DNA of 64,000 nt from Narcine bancroftii. Taxonomy: Eukaryota. Below are positions 11,267-23,166 of this stretch, one piece after another; the stretch's first letter is position 1, and each line of letters starts with the position of its first letter. Position numbers and translations under genes: made by a program. Below the pieces are notes generated by a model. That model was not told the origin of the DNA. It saw only the letters and a list, made by a program, of their open reading frames with translations, and made no database searches. The stretch is taken from positions 340,690,001-340,754,000 of the forward strand of contig NC_091469.1 in assembly GCF_036971445.1 (NCBI RefSeq), read 5' to 3'.

Positions 11267-14200
11267 GAATCAGAAACAGAATCAGGATTTATTGTCATGA
11301 ATAAGTCATGAAATTTGATGTTTTGCAGCAGCGACATAGAGGAAACACACAAGTTATGACCATCTTACAACATTACTATATAAACAAAATAGTGCACAGA
11401 AAGAAAGGCAGTCCCTTTGGTTCATTGATCATTCAGGAATGTGATGGCAGCAGGGAAGAAGCTGTCCTTGTACTGTTGAGTGGTTGTCTTTAGGCTCCTG
11501 CACCTTTGTCCCAATGGTAGCAGAGTGAAGAGGGTGTGGCCTGAGTGGTGGGGGTCTTTGAGGATAGAGGCTGCTTTTTTAAGACACCACCTCATATAGA
11601 TGTCCACAATGGAGTGGTCTGGTGCCTGTGATGTCTTGTCCTAAGCATTGGCGCCTCCATACCAGTCAGTGATGCAACCAGCCAGAAAGCTCTCCACAGT
11701 ACACCTGTAGAAGTTTACGAGAGTCTTCGGTGACATTCTGAATTTTCAGACACCTCTCAAAGTATAGCCACTGGTGAGCCTTCTTTGTGATTGCATCAAC
11801 ATGGAGGCTCCATGACAGATCCTCGAAAATGTCAACACTCAGGAATTTGAAGTTCTTGACCCTTTCCATTACTGAGTCCTCAATGAGGTCTGGGTCGTGT
11901 TCCCCTGACTTTCTCCTTGTCCACGATCATCACCTTGGTTTTGCTGATGTTGAGTGCAAGGTGGTTGTCATTACACCATTTAACAGGCTGATCTGTCTCT
12001 CTCCTGTACGCTTCCTCATTGCCATTTGTGATTCTGCAAACAACTGTGGGGTCATCGACTAACTTGTAGATAACATTGGAATTGTGCTTCGCCATACAGT
12101 CATGGGTGTATAAGGAGTAGAGCAGTAGGCTAAGCACGAATCCTTGAGATGCGCCTGTGTTGATAATCAGTGAGGAGGAGATGTTGTTTCCAATTCATAT
12201 GTATGAATATGTATGAATTGCTGTTTTCAAGGTGATCCAGAGCTGAGTGGAAGCCAGTGATATTGCATCTGCTATAGAGCAATTGTGACAATAGGCGAAT
12301 TGCAGTGGGTCCAGATCTTTGCTTAGTAGGTGTTAATTCTAGCCATGACCAGCCTCTCAAAGCATTTCATTACAGTAGAAGTTAGTGCTACTGGGTGGTA
12401 GTCGTCGACACAACTCATGCTACTCTTCTTGGGTACTAGGATGATTGATGCCCTTTTGAAGCAGGTGGGAACCTCTGACTGCTGCAGTGAGAGGTTGAAA
12501 ATGTCCATGAACACTCCGGCTAGTTGGTTGGTGTAGATTTTCATTACTCTGCCAGGCACACCACCAGGGTGTGATGCCTTGCGAAGGTTCACCCTCTTGA
12601 ATGACATTCTAATGTCGCCCTCAGAGACAGATATCACAGGGTCGTCAGCTTTTTTTAGGGATTCTAGTCTTTCTTCTCAAAGTGGGCATAGAAGGTGTTC
12701 AGCTCATTGGGTAGTGAAGCATCACAGCCATCTATTGTGTTTGTTATATAGTCAGGAGAATGTGAGCTATTTGTAACCGCGTATGAATACATGCTTCTCA
12801 CTGTAGTAACTGAAGTGTACCACTGTGGGGAGTTTGTATATGTATATGTGAACGTGAAAATGGTGGAAGGCATCAATAAGTCTCTTTTGTTATCTGAATC
12901 TTGCATCTCTAAGTTATTTAAGAAGCCTCCCAAGTAACACAGAGACATAACATGGTGGCAGCGGTATAAGAGAACAGGAATAAAGCCATACAATTGATTG
13001 TAAGTCACTGAAATATGAAGGGGAAGAAGAGGAAAAACATTATTGGAAAAAATGGCTGGAGCATCAGCAGTTCACCCAGTGATGGACTGGGAGGCTGAAG
13101 ACATTGTGGAATCGTTTAAAAGGTTTCAGCAGAAGTACAGTTTAGCATTCAAAAGCTATTTTAAAAAATGCAACAGCAGAGAGAAGATCAGTTATAGACT
13201 TCTCTGGACAGGGGAGTGAGGCCTTGACTTATTTAATAGCTGGGGGCTTACAGAGGTGGAGAAAAATGATTCAGAGCAGATATTTGCAAAGTTTGCTTCT
13301 CACCTTGAACCCAGGTCTAATCATAGAATTAAACACTATGAATTTCAAGGCTTAATGCAAGAGACTGATAAAACTAGACTAAAAATTGTTGCTGCAAAAT
13401 GCAGATTTAAGGATATAGAGGAAAGATTAGTTTATCAACTAATATTGGGGGAGTGCCCATCCTGAAGTGCAAAAGTCTCTTATAGGGAAGGATAGCCTGA
13501 AGCTGGCTAAAGATATAGACACACCCAGAGCCTTCGGAGCCATGAGGACGCAAATGAAATCCCTATGTATGCAGACCCACCCACAGCAAAGAGAAGGAAG
13601 GGTTGATGCTATAAAGAACACAATCAGAGAAATGCAAGCTCCCCAAGACCTGCAGGAAGTGCGGCAGACAACACTCCTTTGATGACCGAAACTGTATGCC
13701 CCATTTACAGTTCTGAATGGAGAGCCTGTGGTAAAGCAAACCATTGGCCAAAGATATGCAAGATTGGTATGAAGAAAACAGTAATACCAGTGAAGAAAAA
13801 AGACAAGGAGAAGGAAACAGAAAAGGAAACAACAATGAGAACTCTGACACCCAGATACTGGACGTAAAATCCATACACCTTCACGAGATATTGGGTGAGA
13901 TGAAAGAAGGAAGTGAGTTGCACACAAGGATCCAAATACAGAGGACAACCCGCAACAAGCCAATGATATTTAGCCTAAAGGTGAAGCTGGAGACTGGATC
14001 ACAAAGTAACGTCCTTCCACTCAGACTCTACCGTCAGATGTTCCCAGAGAACATAATAAAAGGATATCCAAAAGACGGTGCATTGGAAACAGCAAATGTC
14101 ATATTAACAGCCTATGGTGGACCCATGATCAAGCAACATGTACCCAGAATGTTTTGATGATTCAGTTGGATGTTTTGGAGACTTTGAATATTACATCTCC

Positions 14201-15390
14201 ATAGATCCAAATGGCAAACCCGTCATCCCTGCTCCAAGGGAAGGTCCACTAGAGCTTAAGAAGAAGCTGGAGCAAGAACTAAAGGACATGGAAAGGATTC
14301 AAGTCAAAGCCAAAGTGACTGAGTGACTGACGGGGTAAATTCCATAGTGGTCAAAGACAAACCAAATGGCCACTTGAGAATATGTCTGGACCATAAAGAC
14401 TTAAATCAAGCAATAAAATGGAGTCACTACCAAATACCAACACTAGAAGACATCTCAGCAGAACTAAGGTCATCAGAGAAATTGAGACAGCAAGATCATA
14501 CATAGCCGAGACAGACTCTGGCAATCAGCTGAGGAGGAACAGAATTCACATCCGGCCGACACAAGATGTGATGAAGCGGAAAGCTTTAATACCAGCAAAG
14601 CCTGCAACACCAATAGAAAATGAGGTATAAAGTGAAGAGACCACAACCACTCATACCGAAACATCAACACAGCAGTTGTCAGGTGGAGCACAACAAGCTA
14701 CATCACCTGCATGTGCACCAGCAACACAGAGCCTAATAGTCACAGCCAAATCCACAAGATGGTGAAGCAATCTACTGCCCCCAGTGCAATAAAAACTATT
14801 TAAAAATAGTTGTGTAAATAAACTAGTGTACCAAGTTCAGTTACTTAAGTTGCATTGGAAACAAAGTGATAAAGAACACTAAATTTTTCTTTATCTTGAG
14901 AAGAAGGGATGTTATATAGTTTAGATAATGTGAACTATTTGTAACTGTGTAAGAATACACCCTTCTCACTGTAGTAACTGTAGTGCACCATCGTAGGACG
15001 TATGAATATGTATATGTGAGTGTGTGAACAGTTTCCTGACATGGTGGAAGGCATCAGCAAGTAAAATCTGTTTTGTTATCTGAATCTTATATCTCTAAGT
15101 TATTTTTAAGAACCCTCCCAAGTAACACAGAGACATAACAGTGTATCTAACTCTGTCTCTAGCCTCCTCCGGAATTGTCACTTTGCTTCAGTGATAGCCT
15201 TTTGCAGGTTGCACCTTGACTTCTTGTAAAGATCCCAATCTCTGGCCTTAAACGCCCTTGCTCTCACCCTCAGCAGGTTGCAAATTCTCTGATTCGTCCA
15301 GGGCTTCTGGTTGGGAAACACCTGGTATTTGCATGTGGGCACACATTCATCCACGCAGGTCTTGATGAAGTCTGTGACCCCTATTTGCAT
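11267..15390 (-). mobile_element. Rex1/Babar-like LINE, interrupted by Mag-type LTR element
   Basis: Minus-strand RT pieces (VNLRKASHPGGVPGRV..IFNLSLQQSEVPTCFK; KAHQWLYF; VFPNQKPW) at 11422-12740 and 15141-15390. (gaatca)n tail near 11270. Confidence 0.85.
12742..15140 (+). mobile_element. Internally deleted Gypsy LTR element, Mag-like (element G-Mag)
   Basis: LTRs 12742-12952 and 14910-15140 (tgttatat..ataaca). tRNA-Leu-type PBS tggtggcagcggt at 12953 and PPT gagaagaaggga. TSD gtgtt/gtgta. Gag, protease (LETGSQSN) and RT start (KPNGHLRICLD..IPTLEDI) are joined directly to the integrase C-terminus (RSYI..LRRNRIHIR). Confidence 0.9.
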
Positions 15391-15919
15391 ACTGCCATAT
15401 TGCAGTGGACAGAATGAATTAAAATTTAACTTTTAAAATCATGTCCGCTCTTTGCAAATTAGAATACAACCTTTCTATAGAAAATACTGAATGTTTTTCC
15501 AAGTACAGAGCAATTTGGGGCTAGAACTCAAGTTCAGTAACTTTCCTTTCCTTTATAGCCTCATTCCCATATGTTTGTATCCATTCCAAACTGGTTTAAA
15601 CAATATAATAATCTTTAAGTGACCCAGTTTACTGATAACCCCAAACACAAAGTTATCAGTTTGAGAATCTTGTACTGCTGCCTGATCCCAAACTGCTTTG
15701 CTTTGTTTTGGTCTTGAGGTTTAGATATCATCAGGCATACTTACGGTCAATACTGAAGGCTTCAAAGAAATCATTGTCAAAATTATTGATTTTCATGACA
15801 CCCAATACCAGCTGATAACCAGAATATTTGGCATTCTGTGCACCATTTCCTATGGCTGACCATCCCTGCCATACTACCCATTGGATAACCTTGCTCAAAG
15901 GTGGGACGTGTGCAAATGT

Positions 15920-16160
15920 GGTGAAAACACAAAGATGCTGGAGGAACTCACCAGGTCATGTAGCATCAAAAGGAGGTAAAGATATATAACCAACGTTTTG
16001 GATCTGAGCCCTTTGTCAAGAAAAAGCAAAAAGCAGGCAGGTGCATAAATAAAAAGGCTGGGGGAAGAGGGAAAATAGAGTGGGTGGGGGAGTACAGGCC
16101 AAGAGGCTAAAGGCCATAATTAGACATAGATAGGAGGACAGGAGCAGGGCAGTTCTTTCG
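15920..16160 (-). mobile_element. Penelope-like tail fragment
   Basis: aaaacacaaagatgctggaggaactca...gatctgagccctttgtcaag is the reverse complement of the PLE tail at 46290-46401. Confidence 0.65.
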
Positions 16161-17100
16161 GGAGCACCTGTCTGACCCACACCGGAACCTGCAGTACTTG
16201 CATCAGCGGCTGCAATTCTCTCCTCCATGGGGGGCTCCTCAGCAACTGCTGTTGTTGGCATTGGCCAGGCCAGCAGTTGGGGAAGGTGAACATCAAAGGG
16301 CTCTACATGGTGAGCTATAGCTTCTAGGGAGCGAACCACCTCCATGATCCTTGTACGAGATGAATTGTTCTCCTCCAACAGTCTTTGTCAGGTCACCCTC
16401 AACTGCAACCCTCGCACGCAGGCATTTCGAACAAGTCGTTCCACCTCCCAGCAGTCACCCCAGCTTCGATCATGCATGGGTGTACTAGTTCTTACAGTAT
16501 CTCCAGGTAAGCGTCTGCCATCTCTCCTGGATGGTGCTCCCTAATGCTGAGCAGGTACCGGGTGTAGAGTATGTTCATCGGAGGCCGGTACATGGCTTCC
16601 AGGACAACCATAGCTAGTTCGATATCTGTGCAGTCTCACATAGCCTGGAAAGTGCGCGGGCCCAGCTTGAAGTGTAGTACCATGAGTTTTTTCTCGTTTG
16701 TATTGACGACCTCAGCCTGTGTGTGGATGATCACCTCAGTCACATGCTTCCAGATCTCGAAGTATGCTGGAGCACTTGGGTGTTGAGGGTGAATATCCAG
16801 CCCCTTGATGGTGAGGAACTTTTCCGTGATCTTTTTAATTTTGAGCTAATTAAATTGTGAGCGCTACTGCGCGAATAATTCTGACGCAAAATCCACAGAC
16901 TGTACAACAGGCTTTAATTAGCTTAAACTTGTACAGAATCTTGCTAGCTCCATGTGTCAGACTGACCCTGAAGGGGCCAGCTTGAGTCTTTATACAGGCC
17001 GGTGAATGACAGCTGGTAGGTGAGGCCAACCTCCCAGGTTTCCTACCTGCAGGTACAGTGGTTGTCCCCTGTACTGCTCTATGTTTCCCTGGTGCTGGCA
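16160..17100 (-). mobile_element. Truncated Gypsy element (5' LTR plus gag), related to G1/G2 (element G3)
   Basis: LTR begins at tgtgag (16856) with TATA and ATTAAA on minus. Minus-strand gag-like reading FLTIKGLDIHPQHPSAPAYFEIWK..QRLLEENNSSRTRIMEVVRSLE parallels the G1 gag. Confidence 0.75.
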
Positions 17101-17409
17101 CTAGCAGAACAGTTCCATTTGCATGGGGGATTTTGGGTAAGGAAGATGGCCATTTTTACCCATTGATCTTGCATTGAACATTGGGGTGCTGGAGCGGCCC
17201 CAAAGTGGCCCATTGAGATGCCAGCCCGAAGCGACCCAGTGAGTTGCCGGAGTGGTCGTCCGGGGCACTCAAATGAGCCCCAGCAGCTCTGCACCCTTGG
17301 GATGGAGATTCATTGTTGGGCTAGGGACTCGGATATTGGGCAGGTGAGGTGAGGACAATGGCATCCCCCTTCAAGTGGCCAAGCTGCCATACCCTATATA
17401 TGCCTATGA

Positions 17410-17730
17410 TATTAAGGACTGGTCCTTAAGGAAAGCTGTGAAGGAAGGAGAGGGGAAGGTATGCCAGGTGGTGGGATCACTCGGTGGGTGGCAGAAATGG
17501 TGGAGGATGAAATGTTGGATGCAGAGGTTGGTGAGATGGTAGGTGAGGACAAGGGGAATCTTGTCTGTGTTGTGCGTGGACGTTAGGGGTCCAGGGTGGA
17601 TGTGTGGGCCAAGGCCGATGTGTGGGTAATTGAGGATAAGCGGGTGAGAGCCAGGTTGATGGCAGTAGAGGGGAATCCATGTTTTTTAAGAAGGAGGACA
17701 TCTCAGCTGATCTTGCATGGAAGACATCAT
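17410..17730 (-). mobile_element. Penelope-like element fragment
   Basis: ORF 17477-17737 MSSFLKNMDSP and caccaacctctgcatccaacat resemble 45415-45680. Confidence 0.65.
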
Positions 17731-17999
17731 TTTTCATACCTAGGATCTCATTTAGTCAGAGACGCTCATTCATTCAGTGGTCCAGCTGTGCCAGAATATC
17801 TCAGCACAGCCTGGATTGCTGCTTGCCAACAATTACAAGTACTAAAAAATTCCAGCTCTCAATGAGGCAATAAGGAATTAACCTCACTGGTGGCTAGGTA
17901 GTTTGCAAAGTCAGTGATCAGCACTCTGTCACCAGGCCTCCCATTTAAACAGTTAGGATTAATACTGCTGGCCTATTTATATTAGCAAGGAGCAGATTA

Positions 18000-18500
18000 A
18001 GTCAAGTCAAGGTTATTGACATCTGATTGCACAAATACAACCTAACGAAATAACATTCTCTGGTCCTCAGTGAAAAACATGCAGATCCACCACCAGTCAT
18101 AACACACATTCATAACAATACATATGGAGGACAATTATTCATAAATACAAATATATAAATAAATATTGTTTCCTGAATATGAGTGTCGCAGATGGTTAAT
18201 ATAAGTAATTCCTTTGGTCTTTCAACATTCTCACTGCCTGGTGGTGCTGGCTCTGATCCTGCTGTATCTCTTTCCTGACAGGAGCAGCCTCTTCAGACAA
18301 TGATCCTGGTAGATCACGTCAATGGTGGGATGGGGGGAGGGGCGGAATGGAGTCTCCAATGATCCTCTCTGCCACTCTGATGGTTCTGTGGATTGACCTC
18401 CGATCCATATCTCCGGAGCAACTGAACCACACTGTGATGCAGTCAGCTGGGACATTCTTGATATAACTCCTGTCGAAGGTTGACATAATGGTGGCCGAGA
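18000..18500 (-). mobile_element. Rex1-like LINE 3' fragment
   Basis: (aagtc)n tail and minus-strand LLLSGKRYSRIRASTTR. Confidence 0.6.
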
Positions 18501-20999
18501 GCCTTGAAATGAATGAATTACTAATGACAGTCGATTAGAAATTTTTTTGCCCCTCTTTCCCATATCCCTCCTTCAATCATTTATCCAATCTTTTTTGAAT
18601 CTGTACCACTCACTATTTCAAAAGGTTTTCTTTGTTTTACCTCCAGTTCTTTTTCAATTTGTGGTCTTTTGTATTTGAACCTTCGGGATCTCTGTCAGAA
18701 TTGCAGTTGTAACAAAATTGACACAATTTCTTTGTATTTTTTTCTAATTAAACCATTCATGATTTTTTTTCGATGCTTCTATCAAATCTCCTCTTTGTCT
18801 TTGGTAATCAAGAGGATTTCAAAAAGTTTATGCAGCAATAAACCTGTGGTTTCTCTGTAATGGAATTCATTTGGTAAATCAAATAAAGCTGAGGTCTTTA
18901 AGTTGTTGCATACAGCCTGGGCAGGCAGGAAAGCCATTGAAACCAGCTTTGGCCAAAGCTTCTTTCATAGACTTTCTCATGAAATAGTGAATTGTCCTAA
19001 TATGTAGAAGTTTTTTTAAACATTTTATTTATTTAACATATAATATCAAGTAATTAACAACAATATACTATAATAGTATAATAGAATGTTAACAAATATA
19101 TGCTGAAAGTATATATAAAAAAACCCTAAAATCTAATATCTAAAAACGAAAGTTAAAAAAAACTACTTACTACAAATAAAAATGAAACACCTTGTTAACC
19201 CACCCTTCCCTAAACGAGTCTAATCCCAAAACTAAAATATATGATATTTCATTATAAAATGATTACAAATAATTAATTCAGATGCATCAGTTGACACCTC
19301 AAAAATATCATAAAATTATTATACCTTCAGGGAAAACTTCACTGATCAGGAAAAAATATCATAACTTTAATTTCGTTATTTTAGCACATGGACCCCAAAT
19401 GTATGTAGAAGAGTTGATTAAAAACAACAGCAGGCCAGGCAGCATCCGAAAAAAGAAAAAAACAGTGTTGAGGTTTCAGGCTGAAGACCTTTCATCGTTT
19501 TGTCCATAAATATTAGCTTACTTTCCCAGGATTGCTCTGGGATTTATAAAATCATTGCAATTTCTCTTATTTCAGACAAGGACATTGGGGAGTAGTTGGG
19601 GGTTAATTTCTCTGGAGTTCTCCAATTTGTCTGCTGTAACCCAATGATGCAGCAGTGATAAAGCGGGAAGACTGTTACAGAAATCTAACCTCTGGAGTTC
19701 TTTTGATTTAACTGCTGTTCTAGCAGAGATCCTGTTGAATTTTAGATATCGCTACTCATTGAAAGGAAGAAAATGAGTGACTATGTATAATGAGGATGCT
19801 GTTTAGCTCTTCAAAACTGTTTTGCCATTATTTACAACAATATCTTAATTTTATCCAGCAGCCTTCATTCTGTAATCTATAATGGACTTGATCCATAAGT
19901 GTTGAACGCACGTGCTCAAAAGTGTGAGGAAAGCCTTCGACTTTCATGTTACATGTCAGTGAGCAGCCTGACTTAACTTCTAAATGACTTAGCCTTATTT
20001 TATGGCAGACATTTCTTTCTCAACCTTCTCTCCCTGTGTATTTGTTTTATTTTCTGATTAGCTAATATAGGCAAAAGGTTTAAGAATGTTTTGGTGACAC
20101 TCCACTCCTTTTGTCCAGATGAGAAAGTTTCCAGTTTCCAAATCCAGTTATAAATCCGAACATAAATGAGCCATAGCAATCCATATGGGGTCTGATCATG
20201 CAGATTTTTGGCAAGCAAAGATAGATTTCAGGTGTCTGGATCAGTCGGCAGGCTACAATGTACCTTTAAAAGACTTGCCAGATCTCTGCAGCATACGCTG
20301 TAACTGCTCAGCATTAGAACACAACAGGCAATTCACTTTATTCTGCCAGAGTACAGATGTAATGTTAATGGAATTGTGGCAGTGTGGATAGATTTACAGT
20401 ATGTTGTCGATTGATTCTCCAAAAAAGCTAGAGATAAAAAAAATGGAGTTAACCAGCCATAACTTGCACCTTTTCCCTATCCCAGACTTATTTCATGCTC
20501 AGTACTGATATTAAACAACAAGAGCATTCACGCTGCTTAATTTAGATATACTTCACTTCCCTGAAAGTGGTGGCTCCTACTGGGATACAACACTACAGCC
20601 AATTGCAGCCCACCCATAACTAGTTCAAGTGATCATCATTCATGTGGGAGTCTAGACAATGAAAACCAGCCAAAAACAGGAACACTGGCCAATTGAATTT
20701 ATTCTCCCCAGCTGCACATCACTGAGAGTCAAATTGATTGCCACTCTTCTTAGTCCAGCTGAATTGGACCAATTCAGTCCAAACTTCACACTCTCTTGGG
20801 CATTGTGAGCCAAACTTTACCCATTGATAATATTTGGAGTCTTCTTAGGAACTTTTAAATAGGGCATTATATTGTTGAAGAAAACTTGGTCTTTCAAAAA
20901 ATGCAGCAAAAAGGGAGCAGGCACAGCTGTCAGATCGAAGTCACGAAGCTGCAGATCAATACAGAAAAAGGCCATTAGGCTCTCAATGTTTTTGTCAAA

Positions 21000-22110
21000 A
21001 TGTTTGCCCATCTACTCTGGCCCCATTTGCCTGGACTAGGTCCACATCCTTCAAAGCCTTGCCTGTTCAGGTATCTGTCTAAATGTAGTGATCTTCTCTG
21101 GGAATATCACAGTTATCAACCACTCTGTGTGAAAACATTTCCCTCTGAAATCACTTTAAACATTTGCCCTCCTGTTTTTGTTACCCTCACCATTGAAATA
21201 AAGATTCTAATAGTTACCATCTCTCTGCCTTTCATAATTTTATGTACCTTTATGAAGTTTACCTCAACCTCCTTTGCTCCAGGGAAAACAAACCTCAAGA
21301 AAGTTGCACGACCAAAGGGACTGGTCACAGTAACCATCCAAGAATCTCATTTGTACAATGCAAATTCTATTTATTTGTATAGATAAAATACTTGTCCTGC
21401 AGATGTATTATTTGCCTATATGTGTGTTATGTCTAGTTGTGTGATTGCATGTTTTGTACTGAGGACCAGAGAACACTGTTTTGTCAGGTTGTACTTGTAA
21501 AATCCGAAGACAATAAACTTGACTTGACAAACAAAGCCAATCCAATCTTTCCCCACAACCAGGGGTGCAGTGCTAATTTTTTAGGTGCCAGAGGTCACCA
21601 AAAATGGTGACAAGGAGGTGCCAAGCCGCCCCATGAGCTGCCTGGAACGGCCCCATGAGTTGCCAGAGCGGCTCAATGAGGGGCCGGAGCAATGCTCTGG
21701 TGAGCTCCGGCAGCACTGCACCCCTTCCTACTACCTGTACTAAAGTCCTCCAATCCAGCCAATATCCGGGTGAATCTACTCTGTTCTTGCTTCATATTTT
21801 CCCTCAGTGTTGTGATCAGAACTGCACACAGTATTCCAAGTGGGTCAAACAAAATATTTTGTAAAGTCACAATGTAATATCTCAACTGTTATATTGTATG
21901 CCCTGACATATGAAAACAAGCATTCCATATGGCTTCTTCATCACCATATTGCCTCTTGAACAATGGGCAAAATCCAAGGTCCATCTCTTCTTTAACATTC
22001 CTTGCTACTCTATCATTTACAGTTACATCCTACCCTTATTTGACTTGTCTGGATTAAATTACATCTGTCAATGCCCTGCCTTATCTGATCTATATCCTGC
22101 TGAGCTTGTT
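21000..22110 (-). mobile_element. Degenerate CR1/HER1 3' fragments with nested inserts
   Basis: cagaactgcacacagtattccaagtggg and FIKVHKIMKG-like readings. Confidence 0.6.
21560..21726. mobile_element. hAT-type MITE
   Basis: TIRs caggggtgcagtgct / agcactgcacccctt. Degenerate 8-bp TSD cccacaac / cctactac. Confidence 0.7.
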
Positions 22111-22191
22111 TTGCAAGAGCTGGGCTCACACAAATACATATTCCTTTCCATTTCTTTTCATATTGTAGGCCAACATAATGTCGCTGTTTTT

Positions 22192-22194
<3 letters not shown>

Positions 22195-22230
<36 letters not shown>

Positions 22231-22237
22231 TCCCTCT
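22195..22237. repeat. (TC)n microsatellite
   Basis: Direct reading of the sequence. Confidence 0.95.
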
Positions 22238-22969
22238 TTTGGCTTGGTTTATCTGGCCCTCAATTTTAGGAACTTGGTTTCTCTTGCCATAATTTGGATC
22301 TCTTCCCACATCTGTTTCCCAGTACCTTTCCGTGCCGATCAATCTCACAAAACATATAATACCCAGAACTAGTCTGCATTTCAAAATGCAATTATCAAAA
22401 GTACCATTATATTTTAGCGCTTCTTTCATGGTTTGCAGAAACACTCACTCCAGGCACTCTGATTTCATGTTTCCATTCCCTTACATCCATAAATCTGCTT
22501 CCCCAGTTTGCAGGTCACCTTTACATTTTCCTTTGGTTCCTTTCAAAATACCAGATGTTGAGAAGCTGAATTCATTCATTCTGCAAAGACCTTGTTCATT
22601 GATACTACTTAATTAGCACCAAACCCAGAGCTCCTTTTTAAAGGAAGTAGAATTAACAATGAATGAATTTGTAAAGTTCATTTTCAAGAATTTTGTACTT
22701 TGTGTTCACATTTTTGTTTTTAACTCCATTCTTATTGCAGACCTATAGATACATCTTCAGTTGTTTGTGCTAAATGCACAAATTACGGTGGTTGAGCTTT
22801 GCATTCTGCTTCCAATTTTTTTTACAGTATCTCCAGTAGAACAGAAGATCAGAAGCAAAGCTACTCTAGATTAATTCAGTGGCTGAAGAACCTCAATGAA
22901 TCAAAATCTGCGTCTCTACAGCAAATCTCAAGACATTAACATGATGTCCTGAGACTATCATTTTTTTGA

Positions 22970-23150
22970 ATGTAGACATACTACACACTAACAGGCCCTA
23001 CCGCCTATGAGCCCGCACTGCCCAAAAACCCCAATTAACCTAAAGTCCCCCGTATGTTTTGTAGGGGGAGAGGAAACTGGAGCACCTGGAGGGAAGCCAC
23101 GCAGACACGGAAAGAACATACAAACTCCTTGCACACAGCCACCCCAAAAA
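22970..23150 (-). mobile_element. HE1-like SINE
   Basis: gaggaaactggagcacctggagggaagccacgcagacacggaaagaacatacaaactcct. Confidence 0.7.
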
Positions 23151-23166
23151 TCCCAGCATTGACAGT

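Noticed and set aside
22828-22939. Possible terminal coding exon (ISSRTEDQKQSYSRLIQWLKNLNESKSASLQQISRH*) after ttttttttacag
   Set aside because: No recognisable homology and no supporting upstream exons, so it cannot be told from chance.
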